Source: Malacoraja senta (taxonomy: Eukaryota). Taken from it: a stretch of 64,000 nucleotides of DNA. The stretch spans positions 6,016,001 to 6,080,000 of the forward strand of contig CM075997.1 in the NCBI GenBank assembly GCA_038087875.1. Reading direction: 5' to 3'. Every line of letters starts with the position of its first letter. Positions within the stretch are counted from its first letter, which is position 1. Below, piece after piece: positions 26,773-40,303 of the stretch. The position numbers and the translations under genes are program-made. The notes beneath the pieces were generated by a model. It was not told the origin of the DNA. It saw only the letters and a list, made by a program, of their open reading frames with translations, and did not search any database.

Positions 26773-28036
26773 TTATGCCTCAGAATATTTTCTGGTAACT
26801 TTTCGACCAAAGCCCTTCTTGAATAGTGGTAGAACATTTGCCACCCTCTGGTCTTCCAGCTGTTTACCTGTATTTACCGACGTAAATCTCAACAGGGCAC
26901 CTGCAATTTTCTCTCTCGCTACCCACAGTGTCTTCGGATATATTTGATCAGGCCCGGGAGATTTCTCTACCTTCTTGGCGTCAGGACCTTCAGCAATTCT
27001 TGACCGTAATATTGACTGCTCGCAAGACATTTCCCCAGTTCCCCATTCCTCATGTCTTTCTCCAAGGTGAAAACAGAGGAGAAATACTGGATGAGGACCT
27101 TGTAACTCGATCTCCTGTAACTCCATACAGAGTTGACCGCCTTGATTACTGAGGGGTCCCATTCTCCCTCTGTTTTTCTTTTCCCATTATGTACTTAAAA
27201 ATCTATTGGGAATATCCTTTATGTTATCTACCAGAGTTATCTCCTGTCCCCTTTTGCCCTCCTGATATCCTTTTTTACCATGCTCCTGTTCCCGAAACTC
27301 CTCCAGGGATACACTTGATCCCAGCTGCTAATACCTGCCCCATGCCTCCTTCTCCCTCTTGACCAGATCCTCAATTTCCAACATCATACTGCAGTATGGT
27401 GAAGTAGGGTTTCGGCCCGAAACGTTGCATATTTCCTTCGCTCCATAGATGCTGCCTCACTCGATGAGTTTCTCCAGCATTTTTGACTACCTTCGACTAC
27501 TGCAGATGCTGGTTTACACTGAAGATGGACACAAAATGCTGGAATGGCTCAGCGGGACAGGCAGCGTCTCTGGATGGAAGGAATGGGTGACGTTTCAGGT
27601 CGACACCCGAAACGTCAGTCTCAGTCTGAAGAAGGGTCTCTACCGGAAACGTCACCCATTCCTTCTATCCAGAGATGCTGCCTATCCCGCTGAGTTACTC
27701 CAGCATTTCGTGTCTGTCATCCAAGCTTCGTTACACTCACCTGCCTTGCCTTCACTTACAGAAATATGCATGTTCTGGATTCTTGTAAGCACACTTAAAA
27801 CACCACTTTCCTGACATTCCTATTCCTATAAACAACTTGCTCCAATCCACTTTAGTGAGCTCCTGTCCTTTTACCTTCATAGTTGTCCTTCCCCAATTTA
27901 GAATGTAACCCGTGCGCCTGCTCTGTCTCTGTCCATAACTGTTTTAAACCTAATAGAACAGTGGTCGCTGGTCCAAAAAAGGCTCATCATGAGCACTTCA
28001 TCCACTTGCCCACTCCTCAATTTTCCATGACTAGAT

Positions 28037-28900
28037 CAATACAATACAATACAATACAATACAATTTATTTGTCTTTTGGACCCCATTGAGGTCCAAACG
28101 AAATGTCGTTTCTGCAGCCATACATCACAAAACGAAGAAGACCCGAGACACAAACACAATTTACACATACATCCATCACAGCGCTGTGATGGAAGGCAAA
28201 AAAAACATATCTCTCCACTGCACTCCCCCCCCCCGATGTCAAAGTCAAAGCCCCCGGCGGGCGATGGTGATTATCCCGCGGCCATTAAAGCCACGCCGGG
28301 CGATGCAAGGTCGCGCACCGGGTCTTGGTGTTAGAGCCCCGGCGTGCGCTCGCAAAGTCCAGCAGCCATTCCAAGCCGCGCGGGGCGGTGATGTAAAGCC
28401 CCGCTCCAGGTGCTCTTCAACCCCGCAACTCGGGCGGGAGAAGTCGCCGCTGCGGAAGCCCCGAAAAGCGGACTCCCACCAGGGACCCGCGAGCTTCCGG
28501 TGTGGCCGTCCGCCAGACCCGCGGTTGTAGCCTCCGAATCCCCGGGGGTCGGGTCGCAGCAGCGCTCCACCACAGCTCCTCCCGCTCCGGACTCGGCCAG
28601 CCCCGTGACGGTGAGTAGTCCGCAGCTCCGCAACTGGAGCCCCAGGTCGTTCCTGCTGGAGGCCGCTCCACGTTGCCCAGCCCCAACGACAAACGGAGAC
28701 CCGACAAAGAAAAGGTCGGGTCTCCCGTGCAGGGGAAAGATTCTAAAGTCCCCCCCCCCCCACCCCACCCCCACACACAAAAAAATAAAAATAAAAACTA
28801 CATAAAAACGAGACAAAAATAATAAAAAGACAGACGGACTGCAGAGGCCGCTGCTGACGAGAGTCGCGCCGCCCACCGAGAGTCGCGCCGCCCGCCGCCC
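28037..28900 (-). mobile_element. Non-autonomous retroposon with (TATTG)n tail and GC-rich body
   Basis: (CAATA)5+tttatt at 28037-28070 on +; CpG-rich, non-coding; interrupts the CR1. Confidence 0.6.
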
Positions 28901-29908
28901 ATCAAGCATTGCCCTTGCCAGTATGGGGCCGTACATATTGCTGCGGGAAATTTTCCAGAACACATTTGATAAATTCCACCCTCTCCAAACCTTTCACACT
29001 ATGATGTTCCCAGTCAATATTGTGAATGTTAAAACTTCTACTACAACAACGTTATTAGACCTATAGCTGCCTGCAATCTCCTGCCATATTTGTCCTTCAA
29101 ATTCCAATTATCTATTTGGGGGCAACTCCCAACAAGGTGATCATCTATTTCTTGTTTCTCAGTTCACCTCAGTAGCCTCAGTAGACAAACAGTTCGTAAT
29201 TTCACCTGACCATTGCTGTGACATCCTCCTTAACCAACAACGGAACACCTACTGTTCTTTTACCCCCATCTCTGTCTCTCCTGAAGCACCTGTACCCTGT
29301 AACATTGAGCCACCTACCTCGCTCATAACCAGTGCTGGAAGTGTAGTGGTCCTTCTCTCATCAACAACCGGCACGTGCTGGAAAGTCTTCAATATATGAA
29401 CATCTCTTCCCCACCCCCACCTCTCTGGTCATGAGCACAATCTGGTATGTGTGCCTTATCTTACCTGCATCGTGTGAGGTTGGAGTGATATTGTTCCTGG
29501 AGTGGAGGTGACAAGATTGAACAATTTGCCATTAATTCTGTAAATTAGTTCCAACCCAGCAGGGATGTTGTTGGAGTTAAGGGGCAGTGCTGCAGCAACA
29601 ATGATGAGGGGAAAAAAAGTCACATCCTGTATAAAATAAAGATACATTTCAGCAGCCAGCCAATCGTGAGGAGGACACTCCCGTAACTTCTCCCAGCTGA
29701 CAGTCAGATGATTTTAAATGATGTTTTAAAAAAAAAAGCCATGTCCTGTGGTTAGGGCTGCTCCATGCATTTATCAGAGTTATTGTATGGTGAAGATCAT
29801 GTCCATTGTGCCTTTGATTGGTGATTGAATGGTGGAGTAGACTTGATGGGCCAAATGACCTAATTCTGCTCCTATCATGACCTTATGATCTTATATTTTT
29901 TTATTTAG

Positions 29909-29998
29909 ATACAAAATAACTGGAGTTTTGGTGAAATTATTGATGAAGAGGCTCGAACACACCCATGGTTGAGGCCATACAAAACATTCTCTGAAAAG
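29909..29998 (+). CDS. RYR1: RyR coding exon (~exon 53)
   Basis: tttag|ATA...AAG|gtata, 90 bp; [30 protein letters not shown]. Confidence 0.95.
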
Positions 29999-30115
29999 GT
30001 ATAATAATTACTCAACTGGAGTCTAAACGTCCATACTCCTTCACCTGTCTAAAAAACTGCCACAGCAGGTTAATTTTTATGGGTTGCAACTTTTTAAATA
30101 TTACCTTATTTCTAG

Positions 30116-30259
30116 GACCGAGAAATCTATAGATGGCCCATCAAAGAATCCCTGAAAGCTATGATTGCTTGGGAGTGGACACTTGAAAAGGCAGGCGAGG
30201 GAGTGGAAAAAAGTGACAAAGGAGAGAAGAAAACTCGCAAGATTTCACAGTCCGCCCAG
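30116..30259 (+). CDS. RYR1: RyR coding exon (~exon 54) containing the PKA phosphorylation loop
   Basis: tctag|GAC...CAG|gtaagt, 144 bp; [58 protein letters not shown] is RYR1-type. Confidence 0.95.
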
Positions 30260-30807
30260 GTAAGTGGAGATTATAGTCATTTGTTGCTGACATTTTTATA
30301 CAGTTAAAAATATTTTAATTACTATTGGAACCATTGCTCACACAACCTATAATTTACAACACGTATAAAGCTATTTAATTTCTCATATTCTGGTGTTTAT
30401 GCATCAGAGGGCTTTTATCCTACGTTTGAATAAAATTGTTGAAATTTTCAACAAGGATGTCATTCATAGAATTATTCAGCATAGAAACAGATCCTTCGGC
30501 CCAATTCCTCCATGCCGACTAAGTTGCCTACCTAAGCTTGTGCATTTGCCTGTGTTTAGCCTATATCCTTCTGAACCTTTCCTAACCATGCACCTCTCTA
30601 AATGTTTTTAAACATTGAAATTGTACTCCAGTGCTTCCTTTCGCAGCTTGATTAATATCCCACCATCCTCTGTTTGAAAGAGTTATTCCTCGGGACCTCT
30701 TTAAATCTTACTCCTCTCACCTATGCCCTCTAGTTTTGGACCTCCCCACTCTGGGGAAAAAAGACTGTGACCATCCATTTTATCTATGCTCCTGAGGCTC
30801 GTATATA

Positions 30808-31330
30808 CCATTACCTACTTACTGCCTATTATGCCTCCTGGCATGTAGGGCAGTAACGAAGGTCCTCCATTCCTGTCTGTTCTGGGCTCGCTTCTGGACA
30901 CTACCTCAGGTCAGATCCATTGTTTTCATTTCCTCCTCTACATTTCGACGTCAGGTGGTTTTGGGTCTCCCTCTTTTCCTTTTCCCTTCCGATGTCCAGT
31001 GCAGGGCAATTCTTGGGATGCTGTCTGGTACATTCATCCTAGCATCTGTCGATAGCCCTAGAAGTCAATCACGCCCAGTAGTGTTGATTCCTTCAGTTGC
31101 TGTTTCTGTAACATATTTGTTTTACGAGACAGGGTTGTTAGCCCTGTGCTCAACCTCCAACCTGGAGGACCAGTGGATCGCTCTTCGTCTTGCCTCTACC
31201 TTTCGACCTGTCCAGCAGGGGAGACCCTAACAGGAGACGAATCTCTCGCTGGCATTGCTCTAGGGGTCATTGCTCTAGGGGTCACACAAGCTCCATGACC
31301 ACGACAAGGTTGCAATCTAACAGGGAGACT
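30808..31330 (-). mobile_element. Internally deleted RTE-like element
   Basis: 3' coding remnant (GKRKRGRPKTT*RRNVEEEMK on minus) joined to an RTE-type 5'UTR (gggttgttagccctgtgctcaacctccaacctggaggaccag). Confidence 0.6.
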
Positions 31331-32313
31331 TTGGCCATACTTGGCACATAATCACTGTTGTGGGACCTCCACCTATGCTGAGCCCCCGACCTGCCCCAAG
31401 CTCATTTCTCCTCATCCCCATGCCCCACTCCCCCTCTCCCCACCTGGTCCTTGCTTGCTCCCACGCCGCACCTCACCAATGCTCTGCCCCGTCCCCTCGC
31501 CAACGTTTGATCCCGGCCCTTGCCTTGTGCCTGGGCCCTCGTATGACTCTTGGGAGCATGGATGTCCAAAGGGATCTTAGTACAAGTCCTCAGCTCCATA
31601 AAGAGTAGATGGAGTGGTAAAGAATGCATACCACTTGCCTGGTTTCAAAAGTGTGGGTGTAGAGTATAAAAGTCAGGAAGTCATGTTACAGTTGTATAAA
31701 ATGTTAGTTAGGCTACATTTGGAGTATTGTGTGCAGTTCTGATCATCACATAACATGAAGGATATGGGGGGTGTTAAGAGGGTGCAGAGGAAGTTCACCT
31801 AATTGTTTCCTGCATTAGAGAATAATAGACAATAGGTGCAGGAGTAGGCCATTCGGCCCTTCGAGCCAGCACCGCCATTCAATGTGATCATGGCTGATCA
31901 TCCACAATCAGTACCCCGTTCTTGCCTTCTCCCCATATCCCCTGACTCCGCTATCTTTAAGAGCCCTATCTAGCTCTCTCTTGAAAGTATCAAATAAGAT
32001 ACGAAAGTTTAAGAATAATTTAAGTAGTTGTGTGAAGAGGCAGGGAATGGAAGGATATAGTCCATATGCAAGCAGATGGGGTTAGTTTGAATTGGCTTCA
32101 TGGTTGGCATAAATGTCTTGATTAAAAGGGAATTTTCTTATGCTATATGTTCAAACTATGCATCAAACTACTGTTCAACACAACAGCAGTGAGCCTTTAT
32201 GCTTCAATGATATGGGAAATCTACAGTAGGTACGTCATCAGCACTGAACAAACACCGTCAATATTACCTGAGTAAAATTCGACAAATCCATTGTCGAATA
32301 TGTGATATAAAAT

Positions 32314-33690
32314 ATCATCATCATCGGCAGTCACTCGAAACGAGTATGGCTGTCCTCTCCTCTCCATAGGTTTGGCTACTTGTGGGTCTGCAGATGTCTG
32401 CAGAGGGCGATCCACGATCCACACACCTTGGTGCAACGTGGGCAGTGGAGACTGGCGGTGGTTGGTAGTCGTCGAGCCCCCTTCTCTCCTTACGGTGCTG
32501 TCGCTTTGTCTCTGCGTCACGGCGTAGTTCCATTTTGTGACGTGCAGCTCCTTCCTGCACGGATTTCTTTCAGGAGCGCCTGTCCAGTGTAATGTGCTCC
32601 CAGTTGCTAGATGTGATGTGGAATTTCTTCAGACTGTTCTTGATGTTGTCCTTGAAGCGTTTCTTTGGCCCGCCGGGGGCTCGCCGACCTTCCTTCAATT
32701 GAGAGTACAGGATTTGTTTAGGGAGACGTGTGTTGGACAGGCGGATAACATGGCCAGTCTATCGAAGTTAGTGCTGCATTATTGTGGTGGTGATGCTGGT
32801 CATGTTGGCTTCCTCCAAAACGCTGATGTTGGTGTGTTTGTCCTCCCAGCTGATCCTCAGAATCTTTCGTAAGGATCTTTGATGGTATTGTTCCAGGGCT
32901 TTCAGGTGCCTGCTGTAGGTGGTCCATGACTCGGCTCCATACAACAGGGTGGAGAGGACAACGGCTCTGTAGACCAGCAGTTTTGTTTGAGCCTTTAGGG
33001 CTCTGTCTTCAAAGACTCTTTCCTGAGTCTGGCTTAGGCTCCGCTGGCACAACTTAGGCGATGGTTGACCTCAGAATCAATGTCAGCTTTTGAGGAAAGA
33101 ATGCTGTCAAGGTAGGGGAAGTGGTCAACGTTTTCACGAGTGGTGTCGTCCACTTTTATAGCGGGCTGGGTAGACGGCTGGTTGGGTGGAGGTTGATGTC
33201 GGACCTTGGTCTTCTTGATATTTAGGGCTAGGCCCATGGCTCTGTATGCCGCATACTGAAGCTCTATGATGGCGATGCTACTGACTTTGCTCCTGGCCTT
33301 CAACCTATTAAGGTTGAAGAGCCCACCGTCAGTTCTGTAGAGGATTATGATCCCCTGTGGCAGCTCTTCACCAATGAGGTGAAGTATGGCAGCAATGAAG
33401 ACGACAAACAGGGTGGGTGCGATGATGCATCCCTGTTTGAACCCCGTTTCCACAGTGAAGGGCTCGGACTCAGAGCCGCAGTTGCTGAGCACTGTGACCG
33501 ACATGCCAACATGTAGAAGCCTCAATATTCCGATGTACTTGCCGTGACATCCGTACCTTGATAGTATGCTCCAAAGAGTCTGGTAGTCTACCGAGTCAAT
33601 AGCCTTTGTCAGGTCTATGAAGGCCATGTACAAAGGCTGCCTTTGTTCACGGCATTTTTCCTGCAGTTGGCGTGCTGTGAATATCGATAT
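32314..33690 (-). mobile_element. RTE (BovB-like) LINE, 5'-truncated, with deletion across the catalytic YADD
   Basis: YMAFIDLTKA..TGFKQGCIIAP..ELQYAA|YRAMGL..LLYGAESWT; (TGA)n tail at 32314-32324. Confidence 0.85.
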
Positions 33691-35231
33691 AGAGTATATG
33701 AGCTAGAAAGCTAGTCATATACAGTCATATAAAACAATGCTGTAGGAGTGTGCAGTTCTGGTGCAGGTAGTATTTGTACTGGAGAGGGTGCAATGTAGTT
33801 TCATCAAGAGGAGACTGAGAAGCAGAGGAGACTGAGAAGCGACCTGATAGAGCTATATAAAATTATGATGCACATAACTTGGGTAAATAGTAAGCAACTT
33901 TTCGCCAGAGCAAAGTTGCTAAAACTGTAGAGGGACATTGCTTTAAGATAGGGAGTTTAGAGGTAATTTGTGGAAGATACTTTCCACCCAGGAGTGATTG
34001 GAATTTGGAACCTGCTACCTCGTGGGTAGTGAAGGCAGAGACTCTTACTACATCTGACGTATCTACACGAGCATTTGAATTACCGCAGCATAGAAGACCA
34101 AGTGTTGGAAAATGCGATTACTTTAGATGGGTATTTGATAGTTTGCATAGACTAGGCTAAAAGGCATTTTCTCTTGTGCTGTATAACATGGCATCAATTT
34201 AATATGGAAGAGGAGTTCTCAGGAAGACTCTGAATATCTTGAGTTTCTTTGATGGAAGCATGGGGGGGCACATGTAAGCAGTGGAATGACCACAAATAAA
34301 CAATCCTCACACTCGTCGTCAAATGCTATCTTTGATTGGGGTAAGAAGGAACTGCAGATGCTGGTTTAAACCAAAGATAGACACAAATAGCTGGAATAAC
34401 TCAGCGGGCGGGACAGGTAGCATCTCTGGAGAGAAGGAATGGGTGACGTTTCGTGTCAAGACCCTTCTTCCGATTAGTTCGAGATAAGGGAAACGAGAGA
34501 TATAGACGGTGATGTGGAGAGATAAAGAACAATGAATGAAAGATATGCAAAAAAGTAACGATGATAAAGGAAACAGGCCAATGTAAGCTGTTTGTTGGGT
34601 GAAAATGAGAATCTAGTGCGACTTGGGTGGGGATGGGACAGAGAGAAAGGGAATGCCGGGGCTACCTGAAGTGAGAGAAAACAATATTCATATTACTGGG
34701 CTGTAAGCTGCCCAAGCAAAATATGAGATGCTGTTCCTCCAATTTGCGTTTAGTCTTACTCTGACTATGGAGGAGACTGAGGACAGAAAGGTCTGTGTAG
34801 GAATGGGAAGGATAATTAAAGTGTCCAGCAACCGGGAGATCACGTTGGTTCACGTGGGCTGAGCGAATGTGTTCCGCGAATGATTCCCCAGGCTGCATTT
34901 GGTCTCGCCGATGTATAAGAATCCACATCTTGAACAACGGATACAGTGGATGAGGTTGGAGGAGGTGCAAGTGAACCTTTGACTAACCTGAAAGGACTGT
35001 CGGGATACCTGGTCAGAGTCAGTCGAGGGAGGAGATATAGCAACGGGTGTTGCACCTTCTGCGGTTGCAGGGGAAGGTACCTGGGGAAGGGGTGGTTTGG
35101 GTGGGAACAGATGACCTAACCAGGGAGTTGCGGAGGGAACGCTCCTTGCGGGAAGGCGGAAAGGGGTGGAGATGGGAAAATGTTTCTAGTGGTGGGATCC
35201 CGTTGGAGGTGACAGAAATTACAGAGGATTA

Positions 35232-37048
35232 CAGTGCCCTCCATAATGTTTGGGACAAAGACCCATCATTTATTTATTTTCCTCTGTACTCCACAATTTG
35301 AGATTTGTAATAGAAAAAAAATCACATGTGGTTAAAGTGCACATTGTCAGATTTTAATAAAAAGCAATTTTTATACATTTTGGTTTCACCATGTAGAAAT
35401 TACAGCAGTGTTTATATATAGTCCCCCCATTTCAGGGCACCATAATGTTTGGGACACATCAATGTCATGTAAATGAAAGTAGTCATGTTTAGTATATTGT
35501 TGCATATCCGTTGCATGCAATGACTGCTTGAAGTCTGCGATTCATGGACATCACCAGTTGCTGGGTGTCTTCTCTGGTGATGCTCTGCCAGGCCTGTATT
35601 GCAGCCATCTTTAGCTTATGCTTGTTTTGGGGGCTAGTTCCCTTCAGTTTTCTCTTCAGCATATAAAATTGGGTTCAGATCAGATGATTGACTTGGTCAC
35701 TCAAGAAATGACCATATTTTAGCTTTGAAAAACTCCTTTATTGCTTCAGCAGTATGTTTGGGATCATTGTCTTGCTGTAGAATGAACTACCAGCCAATGA
35801 TTTTTGAGGCTTTTGTTTGAACTTGAGCAGCTATGATGTGTCTGTACACTTCAGAATTCATCATGGGGTTGGGAGATTGCAACCTTCACGTGGTCCGCCC
35901 TGTTTCAACAAATGCAATCAACCCGGCGTGCACAATCAAATAAGATCAATTAGAACAAGTTGTCCGACAACTTTAGGCTGTGCACGCCATACGCAAGAAG
36001 AAGAAGAAGAAGAAGAATTCATCATGCTACTACCATCAGCAGTAGTATCATCAATGAAGATAAGTGAGCCAGCACCTTCAGCAGCCATACTTGCCCAGGC
36101 CATAACACCCCCACCTCCGTGTTTCACAGACGAGGTGATATGCTTTGGATCTTGAGCAGTTCCCTCCTCCATACCTACCTCTTGCCATAACGCTGATATA
36201 AGTTAATCTTCATCACATCTGTCCACAAGACCTTTTTCCAGAACTGTGGTTGCTCTTTTAAGTACTTCTTGGCAAACTGTAACCTAGCCATCCTATTTTT
36301 GTGGTTAACCAGTGGTTTGCATCTTGCAGTGCAGCCTCTGTATTTCTGTTCATGAAGTCTTCTGCAGACAGTGGTCATTGACAAATCCACACCTGACTCC
36401 TGAAGAGTGTTTCTGATCTGTCGGACACGTGTTTGGGGATTTTTCTTTATTATAGAGAGAATTCTTCTGTCGTCAGCTGTGGAGGTCTTCCTTGGCCTGC
36501 CAGTCCCTTTGCGATTAGTAAGCTCACCAGTGCTCTCTTTCTTCTTAATGATGTTACAAACAGTTGATTTTGTTAAGCCTAAGGTTTGGCTGATGTCTCT
36601 AACAGTTTCATTCTTGGTTCTCAGTCTCATAATGGCTTTGTTGACTTTCATTGGCACAACTTTGGTCCTCATGTTGATAAACAGCAATAAACGTTTCCAA
36701 AGGTGATGTAAAGACTGGAGGAAAGACGAGGTGCTGAGAGTCTCTTATACCTGCATTAAGGAGGCATTTAAACACACCTGAGCAATTACAAATGCCTGTG
36801 AAGCCATCTGTCCCAGACATTATGGTGTCCTGAAATGGGGGGACTATGTATAAACACAGCTGTAATTTCTACATGGTGAAACCAAAATGTATAAAAATGG
36901 TCTTTAATAAAATCTGACAATGTGCACTTTAACCACATGTGATTTTTTTCTATTACAAATCTCAAATTGTGGAGTACAGAGGCAAATAAATAAATGATGG
37001 GTCTTTGTCCCAAAACATTATGGAGGTCTTTGTCCCAAAACATTGTTG
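35232..37048 (-). mobile_element. Tc1-like transposon (IR/DR type), defective
   Basis: TA+CAGTGCCCTCCATAATGTTTGGGACA, ~220-bp TIRs with inner DR; transposase fragments GRPRKT..RCKPL..VLWTD, KHGGGGVMAW; right TIR tip scrambled by a short duplication. Confidence 0.92.
35866..36013 (+). mobile_element. Short 5'-truncated retroposon with (AAG)n tail inside the Tc1
   Basis: 13-bp TSD AGAATTCATCATG at 35853-35865 and 36014-36026. Confidence 0.8.
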
Positions 37049-38050
37049 TATGCGACGGCTGATGGGGTGGTATGTATGGACAAGGGGGACTCTGTCTCTG
37101 TTGCGATTAGGGGGAGCAAGGGCGGAACTGCAGGGTACCAAGGAGACACGAGTGAGGGCCTCATTTATGATGGGAGAGAGGAACCCCCGTTCCCTAAAGA
37201 ATGAGTACATCTCGGATGTTCTGGCATGGAACACCTCATCTTCGGCGCAGATGTGGCGTAGACTGAGGAGTTGGGAGTAGGGGCAGGAAGCAGAGTGGGA
37301 AGACGTGTAGTCAAGATAGTTGTGGGAGTCAGTGGGTTTGTAATAGATGTCAGTCAGTAGTCTATTTGTTGTGATGGAGATGGGAGATCAAGAAAGGGGA
37401 GGGAGATGTCGGAGATGGTCCAAGTAAATTTGAGTGCAGGATGAAAATTGGTGGTGAAGTTGATGAAGTCCATGAGTTCCACATGGGTGCAGGAGGGTGC
37501 ACCAATGTAATCATCAAGTCAAGTCAAGAGTCAAGTCAAGAGAGTTTATTGTCATGTGTCCCAAAAGGGACATGAAATTCTTGCTTGCTGCAGCACAACA
37601 GAATATTGTAGGCATAAAAACAGATCAGATCAGTGTATCCATATACCATAGAATATATATATGTACACACATAAATAAACAGATAAAAGTGCAATAGGCT
37701 GTTATAGTTCAGTTTGTTTGAAGTTGTGTTTAATAGTCTGATGGCTGTGGAGAAGAAGCTGTTCCTGAACCTGGATGTTGCAGATTTCAGGCTCCTGAAA
37801 TAGAGTTTGGGGATAGGGCCAGTGTACACCTGGAACAGGGATTGTTCAATGTGCCTGACAAAGAGGCAGGCACAGTTGGGGCTCATGCGGGTGCCCATAG
37901 CTACGCCTTGGACTTGGAGGAAGAGGCAGGTGTCAAATGAGGTTGTTGAGCATCTTTGATTTAATAGGTTTCCATAGGATTGTTGTTTCACAATGCTGTC
38001 AGTAGTTTTTTTTAGATTACGTTTTTACCCTTAATTAATTTCTCTTGCAG

Positions 38051-38128
38051 GTTGTCTATGATCCTAGTCATGGTTACAATCCACAGCCACCCGAACTGTT
38101 GAACATGACTTTGTCTCGTGAATTGCAG
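38051..38128 (+). CDS. RYR1: RyR coding exon (~exon 55)
   Basis: tgcag|GTT...CAG|gtacg, 78 bp; VVYDPSHGYNPQPPELLNMTLSRELQ. Confidence 0.93.
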
Positions 38129-39106
38129 GTACGGAGGCCTAGCTTGTTTCTGCTTTTTTAATATCTCTCTATTTTGCAGCATGTAACTGGTTCACTTTTT
38201 ATCTGCTCAGAAACTGTCATTTTTACAGGTTCCAGACGCCTTGTAAAAAATTGCAAACTTTGCATTTAATTGTATTTACTGCAGTCTGGAAATTATGGTG
38301 CCAATTCATGGTCCCCCGCCCCCCACCCCCCAATTGCACTGAAACCTGGCTGACCTGACCTGTTTCCCCCTTCTTCCCCCTCCACTTATCTGTTTCCAAT
38401 GGTTACACAATTCACAACCTGAGGTTAACAATTCAAACTCTTTATCCTTTCGAGCTCACACCTCCCTTTTCATCCGTATGCTCACCTATTACAAGTGATG
38501 CTCTGTCCTGCTGCTTCTCTATCCCAGCTTTCTTTCTTGTCCCTCTATAATCAGTCTTGAGAAGGGTTCTGACCTGAAAACATCACCTGTCCATGTTCTC
38601 CAGGAATGCTGCTGGCCTGCTGAGTTACTTAAGCATTTTGTATCTATTTTTGTCCCAATTCAGGAGCTGTGGCTACCTCTACCATATCACTTACCTCCCA
38701 GGTTTTTAAGAATTTGCTCTAAGTTGTTTCAAGTTTATTTCACAATGCGTGGCAGAGTCAAGAGACTTGCTGTCACATGGCTGATGAGGCTGAGCTAAAT
38801 TATCCACGTACAAATTAGTATAAAATGGTGCTCAGATATGTTTGAAGTTGTCTTATTGTTGAAGTTTAATAATGATGATTATTCACAGTGATATATAGTG
38901 TAAAACTGTGCAATGTTTTCAGGAGCTCTCAGAGCTCTGACCTCTCGTGGTTCAAGTTTCAGTGTATACATTCTTCACTCTTTTCCTTTTCAAAGTCTTT
39001 CTCAGAGACTGCTTAAATATTTGCAGATGTTGTCAAAATGGCTCACATCCATTTTTTAACACGTTAATCTTTGTTAATTGACCCAAAATGCACTTGTATT
39101 TTGTAG

Positions 39107-39182
39107 TCAATGGCAGAGCAGCTTGCTGAAAACTACCACAACACATGGGGTCGTAAGAAGAAGCTGGAACTACAAGCCAAAG
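39107..39182 (+). CDS. RYR1: RyR coding exon (~exon 56)
   Basis: tgtag|TCA...AAAG|gttag, 76 bp; SMAEQLAENYHNTWGRKKKLELQAK. Confidence 0.95.
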
Positions 39183-40303
39183 GTTAGATTATATGATCAA
39201 AATACATTAAAAAATAATGTACAGATATGTAACATTTATCTGTCAGGGGTTATGGAGAGAAGACAAGAGAATAGGGTTAGGAGGGAGATATAGATCAGCC
39301 AAGATTAAATGGCGGAGTAGTCTTGATGGGCTGAATGGCTTAATTCTGCTTCTATTAAATGACCTTATGACATTTTCAGTCACAGTAAAATAAGCACAAG
39401 TTTTGTTTAATTGTTTGTGTAAAGCTCATTGGTTACGCTATGTTTAGCAATATCAATTTGGAGACTTTACAGGTGCAACGATTACAATTCACATTTCAGG
39501 CCTTAGAAATTCCTTGGGTCAACTTCAAACTAATGTTGCGATACAGTTAAAAATGGACTTGAACATAGAACAGGAACAGGCCCTTCGGCCCACAATGTTT
39601 GTGCCGGATATGATGCCAATACCAACCATTATCTGCATGCACACAATTCATAGTATCCATATCCATGTGTTTTTCCAAAGTCTCTTAAATACCACTGCCA
39701 TATCTGTCCACCACCAGTAATGTGTTCCAGGCCACCACTACCCTCTGTAATAATAATACTTGCCCGACACATCTCCTTAAAACTTTGTCCCTCTCACGTA
39801 AAAGCTACACCCTCCGGTATTTTTCCATCCTGGGAAATGTGTTCCGACTATCTACCCTATTATGCCTCCCATAATTTTATATACTTCTATCAGATCTCCC
39901 CACAACTTCAGGCATTCCAGAGTAAATAATGCAAGTCGGTCCAACCTATAGGTAAAACCTCCTTAAGGTTTAAGGGTTGTTAGATGACTGTGACTGTTAA
40001 AATTATGATGACCATAAATAGTAAGATGCTTTTCCCCAGAGCAAATATGCTAAAACTCTAGGCTGCAGATTTAAGTTAAGGAGTATGGGGTTTAGAGGTG
40101 ATTTGTGGAAAAATTGTTTTCACCCAGGGGTGATTGGAATTTGAGACACATTACTCTTGTGGATAGTGAACGTGTATGCACTGCAGGGTCAGTGCTGGAT
40201 CCACTGTTTTTGTTATGTACATTAATGACTTGGCTGACAATGTGGTTACCATTATTAGCAACCTTGCAAATGAGATTACAATTGATTGCATAGTGCACAG
40301 TAA

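Larger units (their letters stand above)
25035..29330 (-). mobile_element. Long degraded CR1 LINE interrupted by a MITE, PLE termini and a SINE-like insert
   Basis: KSPGPDQIYP...VANVLPLFKKG (ORF 26773-27162); CR1 3' tail at 25035-25250. Confidence 0.8.
34345..37960 (-). mobile_element. Degraded PLE (RT C-terminus, GIY-YIG, terminus), split by a Tc1 and a Rex1-type tail (37515-37797)
   Basis: QVQGVAMGTRMSP; FRERGF; AEHIRS..VAGHFN..RKLEEQHLIFCLGSLQPSNMN. Confidence 0.85.

Noticed and set aside
27883..28963. ORFs of 215 and 210 aa
   Set aside because: They run across a microsatellite tail and GC-rich retroposon; no protein motifs.
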